A stretch of 64,000 bases of DNA from Negaprion brevirostris (GCA_030324005.1 JARDVH010000001.1:90525687-90589686); one strand, 5' to 3'. Counted from the stretch's first letter, positions 12,556 to 23,797 are shown. Notes: a model not told the origin generated them from the sequence alone. A program made the numbers and translations.

Positions 12556-14513
12556 GCAAATTACTCATCTGTGATTACTTCTCCACAATTATTAAACTCT
12601 AGTTAGCAATCTTTGACAACTATCTTCAATCCCAGGAAAAGAAGAAAAATATCATGGGCAAAATAGTCAGATTTCAGACCAATAGAAGGGATCTTGAGGA
12701 TGTGAAGTGGACATGGAATCTCACAGTTACAGCCTAGGTAGTTGTGGATGAGAGGAAGTCTTGGAGACTAAGGTCTAGATTTTGATCATGAAACGAGTTC
12801 TGTTTGGTTGTGGGAGGCTGTTGTGAGGTCAGGAAACCTGGAAGAATGGGTTTCCCAAATATCCTGCAGAAGTTAAAGCAGGGTTCCTTTCAATGGGATT
12901 CCTCCCCACAGGCAGCTTGATTGATAGGCTGGAGACCTTTCAGATGGGAAACCTGCTTCACAGCCAAAGCTTAAGTAAGAGTGAAAAAAAATCAGATCTT
13001 TTTAGCAAGGTCCAGGGTTGGTTAAGGAGTTGGGGGGAGTAAACATATGGCAGGGGTGGAGTGGTTAGGTTCAGTAGATTATTAGGCCTGGTGGAAGCAG
13101 TTCTGCTCTTCCTTGTCCACAAGCAATGTCCAAAGACCCCTAATGCATGGATTTAGGCTTTTCTGTTTCTAAGATGTCAGGTTTCCCGAGGCTTATGAAA
13201 ACCTCTCAAATGAAGGCACATTCTTTTGTCATAACATTTAAATAACCAGCCTTGTTCCTGCAAGTGAGATAGTTACTCATCCCTTATCCTGTCTTTGGTA
13301 AAACAAGAAATGGCGACTTCAAGTTGGGTTCATCTCCTGTTCCAGGTTATTTGCATTTTAACCTCTGGCGTGACCCCCAGTCTATCCATTTCTGAGAGTT
13401 AAGGTTCAGCTCTGAGTTGCTTGTAGAAGTATCATTATTATTAAACAAAACAGTTTTTTACCAGTACAGATATCCTCTGCTAATGCGTTGCCCATACTGG
13501 AACGATACTGAGCCAGCCCTTGTATGATAGTTGAAGTCAGCGCAATGTTTCAGAAACCAGAATAACTTCAGGACCACTTCATGCCATAAAGCGGATTCCT
13601 TTCAACCTTGTGAATTCTCACTCACAAAGTTCTAGTGCCAAATTTCAACTCGCTAAAATTCTATTTACTTACACGGAATTAAAACTGAGCCCTTAAATTA
13701 TTGTGACTTGGAAAATGAAATTTCTTCAAAATTTATCTCAAAAAGGGAATTGGATAAATACTTGAGGCAAAAAGGTTGCAGTGATATTCGGAAAGAGCCA
13801 TGCACTGGAACTAACATGATTGCTCTTCAACAGAGCCAGAATAGATATGAAGGGCCACATATAATATTTGCATATTAGTGATCACTGTAAGTGAAAGGAA
13901 AGGAAACATGAAAACATCCTTTAAAGGACTAAAAACTCATCATTTGGAAAATATTAAAAGCTTTATGCACATTGAAATTAAATGTACGCAAAACCTACTT
14001 AATCAGTTAGGTTACCTCCGTCATTAAAACTGGAGATAAAGACTGTGATGATATATGGAATACATGAATGGCATGTGGAATACATAAATGAAGTAAAAGT
14101 AGTCATACATAGCAAAAGACAAAAGAAGACAGAATTATCTATACTAAATGGAAAAGGCTAGTGGCTAGATTTTCTTCCATCATACCAGCCAAAATCAGTC
14201 AGGAGAATGACAGAAAATAAAGGACAAATTGAGTATTGAGGTCTACCACTATATTGACCTCAATTTTGCTGCTATCCCTACATCCTAAGATTCTAAAAGA
14301 GATTGCTGCAGAGACAGTGGATGCATTGGCTCTGATTTTCCAAAGTCCCCAAGATTCCATTAGATTGGAAATTAGCTCATGTAACACCACCATTCAAGGA
14401 AGGAAGGAGATAGAAAATGGAACTACAGGTTAGTAATCTTAACATCAGTCATTGGGAAAGTGCTGGAATATATTATTAAGAAAGTCTTAACAATGCACTT
14501 AGGAAAGTATAAT

Positions 14514-14886
14514 GGTCGGGATTCTCCCAAAAAAGATTCTAAGTGCCGAATTTGCATAAAAATGGGAGTAATTCCTGTTTTTTTCTGGCGGGATTTTCAA
14601 AATGAATCTCCTACAGTCTGTGCACTGCAGAGTACCTCCGGGAGATCCATGCAGAAAATCTTGGGGTGGGGCCTATTCCCGCTGGAGAGGCCCCAGCATT
14701 GCAATGAGCATGCCACAACGCACATGTCGATCTGTTATAGTGGAGATCTGCACATGCTCAGTAGCCCTGCACTACCAGTCACCGCAAATCTGGAGTTGGA
14801 GATGCTTGGAGGCCTTGACGTCCAGCGGGAATCCTGCTAAACAGCCTCTGCTAGAGCACCACAGTAAGCTGGGAGAATCACCCCCA
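14514..14886. mobile_element. Harbinger-type MITE nested in CR1
   Basis: Termini ggtcgggattctccca / tgggagaatcaccccc form an imperfect inverted repeat. The CR1 sequence resumes immediately afterwards (atgattagaacaagtcaacatgg). Confidence 0.7.
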
Positions 14887-15641
14887 TATGATTAGAACAA
14901 GTCAACATGGTATACAGACAGGGAAATCCCGTTTGATAAAGTTGTTAGTCTTTTGAGGATGTATAAGTGAGGTAAATAAAGGGAACTAGATGTAACATAC
15001 TTGGATTTCCAAAAGGGTTTGAATAAAATGCCACATTAAAGTTTAGGTAGTTTGGAATTGGGGATAATATCTTGGCTTGGATAAAGGATTTGTTAATGGA
15101 CAAGAAGCAGAGATTAGGCATGAGTAGAATATTTTCAAGCAGGCAGGTTGTCACTAGTAGAGTGCTACAAGGATCAGCGCTGAGGTCTCAGCCATTTACT
15201 ATCTATATTAATGACTTATATGAAGAGGCGAAGAGTAATGTATCTAAGTTTGGAGACAATACAAAGTTATGAGGAGAACACAGGCTGCAAAGAGATATAG
15301 ACAGATTTAGTGAGGGCAACAGGATGGAAGATGGGGTACAATGTGGGGAAGTCATAAGAATTAAAATGCAGGGTATTTTTTTAGGTGGCATGAAACTTGT
15401 ATATTTTGGTGTTCACAGCGACATGGATGTGTTTGTATAAGGAACACAAAAAGTTAGCTTGCAGGCACTGCGAGCAATTAGGAAGGCAAATGGCATGTTG
15501 ACTTTTCTTGCAAGGGGTTTGGAGCATAGGAATAAAAAAGTCTTGCCACAGGGCTTTGGTGAAACCACACCTAGAATACAATGTGCAATTTTGCTCTCCT
15601 TATTTAAGTAAGGATATATTTGAGAAGGCAGATTTACTTTT

Positions 15642-15943
15642 GGGGTGGCATGGTGGCACAGTGGTTAGTACTGCTGCTTCAGCACCATGGACCCAGGTTC
15701 AATTCCCAGCTTGGGTCACTCTCAGTGGGGGAGTTTGCAGGTTCTCCTCATGTCTGTGCAAGTTTCCTCCAGGTGCTCCGGTTTCCTCCCACAGTTCGAA
15801 AGATGTCTGGTTAGGTGCATTGGCCATGCTAAATTCTCGCTCAGTGTGCCCAAAGAGATGCAGGAGTGTGGCAACTAGAGGATTTTCACTGTGCTTCATT
15901 GCACTGTTAATGTAAGCCTATTTGTGACACTTATAAATAAATT
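15642..15943 (+). mobile_element. V-domain tRNA SINE (HE1-related head) with a non-CR1 tail
   Basis: ggtggcacagtggttag (A-box), ggttcaattccc (B-box), V-domain gtttcctcc.ggtgctccggtttcctcccacagt and tail ...tgtgacacttataaataaa. Confidence 0.9.
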
Positions 15944-16302
15944 TGTGTTGGAGGCAATGCAGCAAAGCTTCACTAGATTGGGCTCTGGATTGAGAGAGTT
16001 GTCCTGTTGTAAGTGGTTGAGTGAATTGGGCCTACATTCTCTGTAGTTTAGAAGAATGAGAGCTGATCTCATTCATTGGAACATACAAGATTCCAAGGGG
16101 GTTTGCCAGTTTAAAAACTGAGAGATTGTTTCTTCTGGCTAAGGTATCTAAAACAAAAGGCGCAGTTTCAGGATATGGGGATGTTCATTTAGAACTGAGA
16201 GGAGGAGAAATTTTGTCATTCAAAGGTATGTGAATCTTTGGCATTCTCTATCTCAGAGGCTGTGGACACTGTTGTTGAATATATTTAAGACTGGGATAAA
16301 CA

Positions 16303-16483
16303 AATCATACAATCATAGAATTCTGCAGTGCAGAAGGAGGCCATTCAGTCATCAAGCCTGCACTGACAACAATCCTACCCAGGCCTATCCCTGTAACCCC
16401 ATGTATTTACCCTCCTAATCCCCCTGACACTAAGGGTCAACTTAGCATGGCCAATCAACCTAACCTGCACACCCTTGGAATGT
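16303..16483 (-). mobile_element. HE1-like SINE 3' portion
   Basis: aatcatagaa...cagtgcagaaggaggccattc...ttagcatggccaatcaacctaacctgcaca. Confidence 0.8.
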
Positions 16484-16933
16484 GTTTGATCTATCCCTGC
16501 AGCTTTCTCTTGTGTTCTTGCATTCTTATGTTCTTACTGTTAGTCTCCTCTTCCACAGCTTTAGAATGTAAATAGTTTTGGGGAAGCCTGGGTTCCCGGC
16601 TCATTCTTGCTCCAGCTGTCTAGTTACTGCTGCTTCTTGGCACCATCAGGTAGTGTTGACAGGAGTCTCATTATAGCAATGACAAATATCCTGAGATCAG
16701 GGAAGAAGGGGAGATTCTAATAGGGACATTAGTTCATGTCTAGGCTCATCCTGATGGTATCAGTTTTGGTGCATCCGTTGGGGCCTCTTGCCCCATTGTG
16801 TAATGCTATCATTTCATCTGTTTCTTTTCTCTTTGTTTTTTCATGGGATGTGGGCACTGCAAGCAAGACCAGCTTTTGTTGCCCATCCCTAATTGCCACA
16901 CTATTTCAGCTGGCTGTTAAGAGTCAACCACAT

Positions 16934-17175
16934 AAAGAAAGTTTATTTATTAGTCATAAATAGTTTTACATTAACACTGCAATGAAGTTACTTTGAAAAT
17001 CCTGCAGTCGCCACATTCTGGTGCCAGGTACACTGAGGGAGAATTTAGCATAGCCAATCTGCCTAATCAGCACATTTTTCANNNNNNNNNNATACAGTGA
17101 CCCAAGCCAGAAATTAAACCCAGGCCCCTGGAACTGTGAGGCAACAGTGCTAACCACTGTACCACCATACTGCCC
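16934..17175 (-). mobile_element. V-SINE (same tail type as 15642-15943)
   Basis: aaagtttatttattagtca...cattaacactgcaatgaag...gtgctaaccactgtaccaccat. Confidence 0.85.
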
Positions 17176-17277
17176 CATTACTGTGGGTCTGGAGTTACAT
17201 GTAGGGCAGACCAGGTAAGGATGACAGATTTCCTTTCCAAAAGAACAATTGTGATCCAGATGTATTCTTATAATCAA

Positions 17278-18202
17278 AGAACAAAGAAAATTACAGCACA
17301 TGAACAGGCCCTTCGGTCCTCCAAGCCTGCCCCGACCATGCTGCCCAACTNNNNNNNNNNNNNNNNNNNNNNNNNNNNNNNNNNNNNNNNNNNNNNNNNN
17401 NNNNNNNNNNNNNNNNNNNNNNNNNNNNNNNNNNNNNNNNNNNNNNNNNNNNNNNNNNNNNNNNNNNNNNNNNNNNNNNNNNNNNNNNNNNNNNNNNNNN
17501 NNNNNNNNNNNNNNNNNNNNNNNNNNNNNNNNNNNNNNNNNNNNNNNNNNNNNNNNNNNNNNNNNNNNNNNNNNNNNNNNNNNNNNNNNNNNNNNNNNNN
17601 NNNNNNNNNNNNNNNNNNNNNTCTTCCACCCTGGGAGAAAGCTTCTGACTATCCACTCTGTCCATGCCCCTCATAATCTTGTAGACTTCTATCAGGTCGC
17701 CTATCAACCTCCGAGGTTCCAGTGCGAACAAACCAAGTTTCCCCAACCTCTCCTCACAGCTAATGCTCTCCACAACAGGCAACGTCCTGGTAAATCTTTT
17801 CTGTACCCTCTCCGAAGCCTCCACATCCTTCTGGTAGCCTGACGACCAGAATTGAACACTATATTCCAAGATTGCAGCCTAACCAAGGTTCTATAAAGCT
17901 GCAACATGACTTGCCAATTTTTAAACTCAATAGTCCGGCCGATGAAGGCAAGCATGTCATATGCTTTCTTGACTACCTTCTCACCTGCATTGCCTCTTTC
18001 AATGGCCTGTGGACTTGTACAGCCAGATCCCTCTGCCTATCAATACTCTTAAGGGTTCTGCCGTTTACTGTACATTTCCTATCTGTATTTGACCTTCCAA
18101 AATGCATTACCTCACATTTGTCCGGATTAAACTTCATCTGTCGTTTCTCCATCCAAGTCGCCAACCGATCTATATCCTTCTGTACCCTCATCGCTATCTG
18201 CA
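17278..18202 (-). mobile_element. 5'-truncated CR1 LINE
   Basis: QKDIDRLATW..QMKFNPDKCEVMHFG, MLAFIGRTIEFKNWQVMLQLYRTLVR and EYSVQFWS...RVQKRFTR, with tail (caaagaa)n. Confidence 0.9.
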
Positions 18203-18399
18203 AATCAACAACAGTTTCAATGGTTTTACTATTATTGAGACTAACTTTTTTAATTTTAGAGTATTACTTAAATTTAAATTCCATCAGCTGCCATGGCAGG
18301 ATTTGAATCCTTATTCCCAGAGTATTAGCTTGAGCCTCTGGATTACTGGCCCAGTGAATTACTATTAGGTCATCATTTCCCCCTGGGTTTTGCACAATG

Positions 18400-19730
18400 T
18401 TTACTGGAAACTTCTGATGCTTGAAGTTCATCAAGTATTAACCATTTTTGTTGAATTTGTTTCTACATGTTCTTCTTTTAAGCATTTCAATTCTTCCTTT
18501 CAAGTGCTCTACTTCCTGTGAGCAGCATCCCAGTGTTCCCATTAATTCTTGTTTAACTTAATTGAATGNNNNNNNNNNNNNNNNNNNNNNNNNNNNNNNN
18601 NNNNNNNNNNNNNNNNNNNNNNNNNNNNNNNNNNNNNNNNNNNNNNNNNNNNNNNNNNNNNNNNNNNNNNNNNNNNNNNNNNNNNNNNNNNNNNNNNNGG
18701 TGTCTATCTTCTCTTGCCATTCTAGGTTCTTGTTTTTCATTTGTTCATATATCTGCTCGAAAATGTGATTTGTTATTCAAAGTTTTCTTCCGGTTGCTTC
18801 ACAATTTACAATTTTTGTGCTTTACTGGGGGTTTCCTGTGCTTCTTTCTAAATGCAATACGCACCACAACTTGAAGATTAAAATATCATCAAATGCTTTT
18901 AATATTTCACTAAAACTGTTTGAGGATTCTTTAATGCACTGCATTAAGGTTACGTCATCAATAAGTTCATCAAACCAATATAAAAATGTATTAATCTGGA
19001 CTTTTTCTGACTTTTACTTAGAGCTGATGTATTCTGGTAGTTTAAAAGTTCTCTTTTCCAGGATACCCAATTTTCTGTAATTTTTGATTCTTGGATGATT
19101 CCAAACTGATCTTGGAGGTTGAATTTTAAAAATTAATGAATAGGTTTAACTTCAAGAGGTTGCTGAAATTCAAAATGGCACTACTCTTTGCAGACAAATG
19201 GTTTGCGCCTGGATCAACTAGCTGCAGACTTCTCCATTTCAATGCTATGCTTTAGGGTCACGACAGCAATGAATCCTGGCTGTTGTTTAAAGCTGATTCT
19301 TTAGTTGCAACTCTTCCAAATTAATTAATTAATTTCTTCTTATTTTTGGAGCGAGCTGGGTGCTTTTCCAACTAAGTTTTTAAATGGCAATTTCTGACCA
19401 ATGAACTATTTAAAAGTTTCTCAGGACTTGCTGTATCCTGAAATTTAAAAGTTTTAGCTTGCCCCTGCTAGGTCTACTGACTCTGCACTCTGGCAATTGA
19501 AGCTGGAATTCCAAGAGATTCCATGGAGTCTTCTGCTGCTGTGAGGAATTTTAGATTGCTGCTTTCAGCTTCCGAGCCTTTGGAGCTTTCCCCGATGATT
19601 TTTCTCTGTGCGTTTGCTTCTCAAGCTTTTCTTCAGGTCAGAATTCTTCTTCGAATTTTTCTTTGGTTTTGCAGGATTTTAGTTTTTCTCTGCAATTTTT
19701 GCAAAGTTTTGTGTTTTTCAATTCACTGCC
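18400..19730 (-). mobile_element. Decayed Gypsy/Ty3 LTR-retrotransposon gag remnant
   Basis: Minus strand at ~18880-19075, read across a frameshift, gives NWVSWKRELLNYQNTSAL..KSEKVQINTFLYWFDELIDDV...FSEILKAFDD. This resembles the Gypsy Gag N-terminus W..WK.RF..Y...SGL..KSE.VQV.TL.Y..G...DD. Confidence 0.55.
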
Positions 19731-20289
19731 AACCTGTTTAAGATGTTGGGTGCTGTTCAGTAGGCCCTAATGAAGTCTTTATAGTCTTAAATAGGTTAAC
19801 TATATGTAGTTAATTATGTAAAACAATCAGGATTCTCACCTTCACATTGGTATGCTTCCTCTTGGTAGCAACAATTCTCCTGGGCACAACAAACAAGTTC
19901 ACTGAGTTTGTGTCAGATGAATATGGAGGAATTGGGGGATTCCCAGTCCACTAGAATTCAATCTGGCAATGGACTGCCCAGGCCAGGATGCAGGGCAGTA
20001 GAATATTATTTACCCATTCACTGATTATAAAACCAAGATTGTTGTTACGTTTGATTATTTTATATTTGTTAATATTTTGTGCTCTTATATTCCACTCTTG
20101 AGGAAGTTAAATCCTTGCTGGGATACATTTTCATGTTTCTGGTATCTGATACTGACCATTATTTCAATAATCAATAATTTCTGTGTGTCTCTACACTTCA
20201 TTGATATTCAGTGGACGCTAAGACTGAAGATGATGGTGTATAAATGATCTAACAAGAATTAAGAACTTAAATAAATCAGTATAAGAAAT

Positions 20290-20760
20290 AGAGAAATTAA
20301 TGTGACTAACTGGTGATGAATTCTGGAGACTTGATGACTTCAATCCTAGGGTTTTAAAAGAGATAGTTGCAGAGGTAATGAATGCAATAAATTTGATCTT
20401 TCAGAATTCTTTTGATTCTGATACAGTTCCTAAGGATAGGAAGGCAGCAAACAGAATCCATTATTTAAGAGAAAAGGAAAAGGGAAAACATGAAACTATG
20501 AACCAGTTAGCATAATATCAGTAGTAAGTAAAATGAAGATTCTGGTATTAAAGAAGTGGTAACAGGGCACTTGGGAAATCATAATATAATTAGACAGTGT
20601 ATTAAGATTTATTAAGGGGAGTTTGACAAATCTGTTCTCCTTATACATCTTATGAGTTACGTCTGCAAAATTTGAGGATGTAAGTCATAAGATGTATAAG
20701 GAGAACCAGCGGATGTAGTGTATTTAAACTTTCAAAAGTCATTCAATAACATTTCCAGAC
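20290..20760 (+). mobile_element. Old CR1 RT N-terminal fragment
   Basis: cctagggttttaaaagagatag (PRVLKEI), gttcctaaggataggaaggcagcaaac (VP.D.KAAN) and ggatgtagtgtatttaaactttcaaaag (DVVYLNFQK). Confidence 0.75.
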
Positions 20761-21018
20761 AAGAGTCTCTGTCCACTGCAGCAGGATTAGAGAATCCCAG
20801 GTGTCAGAGAGACTGGAGAATTCAGCCCTATGTGTTTCCTTTCCAATAAGATGTTATTCCTCTTTGTTTCTTTTTATGCTTTGCAAGTAAGTTAACTCAA
20901 GCTAGGTTGACTTTCTGCTGACCTGATTTACATTTCCTATCAAAGATTATGTGAATTAACTAATATGTTATACACACCAAATAGATTGAACCAAATGATT
21001 TTACTTTTTCTCCCCTAG

Positions 21019-21168
21019 AGGTAGAACTGGCCAAGAACATTAGTGCAAAATAGGCAGATTGCACATTATTAGCCCATTTCATGCTGTGTCCTGTTTTCTT
21101 TTCCATGCAGAAATATTTGCTGATTCACAATCAGCCATTTTGTGCTAATGTCAACAATTTCACCCCCA
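21019..21168. mobile_element. Short palindromic MITE
   Basis: Imperfect inverted arms cattagtgcaaaataggcagatt / aatcagccattttgtgctaatg with termini gggtagaact / aatttcacccc. Confidence 0.5.
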
Positions 21169-21639
21169 AATTGTCCTGTTCACACAGTTCTTAATATAAA
21201 GTCCAGTTGAACAATGCAAGCTTTCTGTAATTTAGAAACAGTGGAAATTAAATCTATGATCTTGTGGTCAGTGAACATTCAGAATTTATGCTGCCCAGCC
21301 ATTATTATTTTTGGACTATTGTAAATTACTGAGAGACAATTAATGGACACAAATTAACAAAGTTTCTGAAAACTAGAGTACATATATATTTATTGCACTC
21401 AGATGACTAAATGATTTAACCCAGTTCCTAATGATTTTAAAGACCATTGCATTTTCTTTTAAGGTACAAGGACAGTCTTTATGAAACAAAAGCCCTTAGC
21501 CTCTTAATGGTAAAATTTCTTTGAGTTATTTTACACCTTTCATCACCTATTTTTAGTAAAGAAATCCCAAAAGACTAAGTTTAATTTTGTAAAGCTTTAC
21601 GTGATACAGTATTCATGAAAAATTCTTCCTTTGTTGTAG

Positions 21640-21743
21640 ATCCCAATTCAGACGATTTTGACCCTACTTCAACAAAAAGCAAGTATGACTCAATGGATTT
21701 TGACACCTTGCTGAGAGAGGCTCAGTACTGCCTGCGTAGGTAA
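21640..21743 (+). CDS. PPARGC1A: PGC-1alpha terminal coding exon (104 bp to the stop codon)
   Basis: The acceptor is ttcttcctttgttgtAG. The exon translates to (D)PNSDDFDPTSTKSKYDSMDFDTLLREAQYCLRR* with TAA at 21741-21743, matching the recalled PGC-1alpha C-terminus DSNSDDFDPASTKSKYDSLDFDSLLKEAQRSLRR*. It is too short to appear in the ORF track. Confidence 0.96.
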
Positions 21744-23742
21744 CAGAAACCAAATGTGCTACTAGTGAAGGAAGCCACAGAATCTTGTAGGCATCCTTTC
21801 ATTTACCATCAAAGAACTTGCATTAGTCATCCTGGGATCTTATCCCTCTTTACACTCTGTACAAATGAAGTTTACATGAACACAGCTGCTACAGCGTGAG
21901 AGGAAAGTGGATGGATAAACAAATAAAAGAAATTGGAATTGAAAAGAAAGAGTACAGCTGATAAATTAGCACTGTTTTACACATGGTATATAAACAATAA
22001 TCTAATTGGTGGAATATGCAGCTTGTTCAGCATTTTTTCTGACATTTAGATGTGGTGTTACATTACAGACAAGAGTTGGGATTAAATACCTGGGATGTTT
22101 CAAATATTTTATTTACTAAATGCTGAAATGTAGTTACAAATTTACTAATGTTAAATTGAGTTATTTTTATTTTATGTAAATATAACAATGTTGTTTCATT
22201 TGTTACAGCTATGCACTGTAAATGCAGCCTACTTTTCAATAATTAAATCAAGAATGTAATCACAAGTTAGATGCTAGTGTACACTATTATATTTAAAAGG
22301 TTGGAGAGGTGTGAAACTGAGATGGCTAAAGTTGTCTATGTGTCTGCTAGACACATGGACCAATGCTCATTTCCCATAATGTAGCTTTACAATAAACTTG
22401 CAACTGAGCAACTTAGAAAATGAATCATGTCACCACTCCCATCAATATGTTTAATCATTAAAGGTGCTTTCATTTTTGTCCTTTACATAAAATTAGATAA
22501 GAATTAATTTATCAAGAGAAAAATGTGAAGAGTTTACTCATGATTTATTTGTGATTTCAGATAAAATTGTCAGGTGTGTTCTGAAATTATAGCCCATTAT
22601 TAATTAATTCATGGTAGCATTATCCCACAAATTTCATTTATTCAGAGGAAAAGTAAAGCCAATTGAAGCATGGATAAGTAAATTACAAATCAGTTTATCT
22701 TCATGATTTGTTGAGAAGAGAAACAAGATTCCTGTGAATAGTGCTAACGCCATCCCACTCCCCATACGAACATATCACAGCTACACTATTCACCTAAGCT
22801 CATTTAGCTTTGAGGAAAAGCAGGTGACATTTTGTTCATGTGGCCATCGTTAATTTGTATTGTGAAATTTGAATGTTTGTCATTGGAAAATTGTCTTCAC
22901 ATGTTTGCTAAACTGAGTTCTCAACTTTGTAAGTACATTATTAATAGCAATATAAAAGTTTTTGACTTAGCCGTTCATTACCTGTAGTACCTCTAGTGTT
23001 TGATCTCTGTTCAGACTATTAATAGATAAAGTTTTCAGGTCTTTTAATTCATTGTATCACGTGATGCCAAACTGAGGTTTACATTTTCTTCCCTGGATTT
23101 TGAAAATTCTCCTCTTTATTGTAATAGCAAGATTGTAAAAATAAATACAAAAAATAGCAATAAATGTTTATTTTTAAAAATCTAATTTTAGCATATCATG
23201 TTGTGAGGTGAAGGACCAGGCACATTACCCAGCTTCTTTAGGTGCTTTTTGTGTGTTAAATTTCTGACCTATTGCTACTACAGTATTTCATAGTTTTGTG
23301 TGTAGCAATGGCTAACCTGAACAAATTAAGTGAAACTATGTGTTCGTAACTAATGTTAGTTCTCAGCTATCCTTTATAACTTGGGTAATGATGTTTTTGT
23401 CCTGTCTGGCAAACGTGATGAGGATTTTAATGATTGTAATATAAAATTTGCTCTGTACAATAACTGGAATAGCAATGTAATATATCAGTTAATTATTCTT
23501 AATTTTAATTAAAGTAAATTCTGAGGACACTGTGCTTTTAGGTTTGTGGGTGATGATACAGTAGTTGATGGGACTGTACTGACCAGGAAATGTGAGAAGG
23601 AACATCCATGTGAGCTTCCTTTGTCTGACACTTCTACCTGTAATGTGTGGTTGAACCATTGTATAGAATTACTGTGTTTTTTTTAAATGTGCAGTTCTCA
23701 TCAACCTCACTGGACTAATAAAGGGAAACAATGTTTCAAACT
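21744..23742 (+). other. PPARGC1A: PPARGC1A 3'UTR (~2 kb)
   Basis: AT-rich, repeat-free sequence after the stop codon. It contains blocks I recall from the mammalian PPARGC1A 3'UTR: gctatgcactgtaaatgcagcct (~22208), gccaaact.a.gtttaca (~23066) and the terminal ttttttaaatgtgcagt...cctcactg..ctaataaagggaaac.atgtttcaaa. Confidence 0.8.
23717..23722 (+). terminator. PPARGC1A: Distal polyadenylation signal AATAAA of PPARGC1A (cleavage ~23740)
   Basis: AATAAA lies in the context ctAATAAAgggaaacaatgtttcaaa, which matches the recalled 3' terminus of human PPARGC1A mRNA. It is followed by GT-rich atgtgtgg. Confidence 0.75.
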
Positions 23743-23797
23743 GCCCATGTGTGGAATCATCGTAAAATCAAAACAAGCTCAGTTTGCTTGTCAGATT

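Larger units (their letters stand above)
14280..16300 (+). mobile_element. CR1 LINE ORF2/RT region (decayed) carrying nested MITE and V-SINE insertions
   Basis: LHPKILKEIAAETVDALALIFQS, VTSRVLQGSALRSQPFTIYINDL...SKFGDNTKL, ALVKPHLEYNVQFCSP and NLWHSL. Confidence 0.9.
16835..18383 (-). mobile_element. Meta-type SINE split by two younger insertions
   Basis: Tail 16835-16933, core 17176-17277 and head 18203-18383 together reconstitute the family at 9367-9724 in reverse orientation. Confidence 0.75.
1765..21639 (+). other. PPARGC1A: Last intron of PPARGC1A (~19.9 kb including N gaps)
   Basis: GT at 1765 and AG at 21638-21639. The split codon G|AT gives Asp and joins ...YADL to DPNSDDF in frame. 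No intervening PGC-1 coding sequence was seen. Confidence 0.9.
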
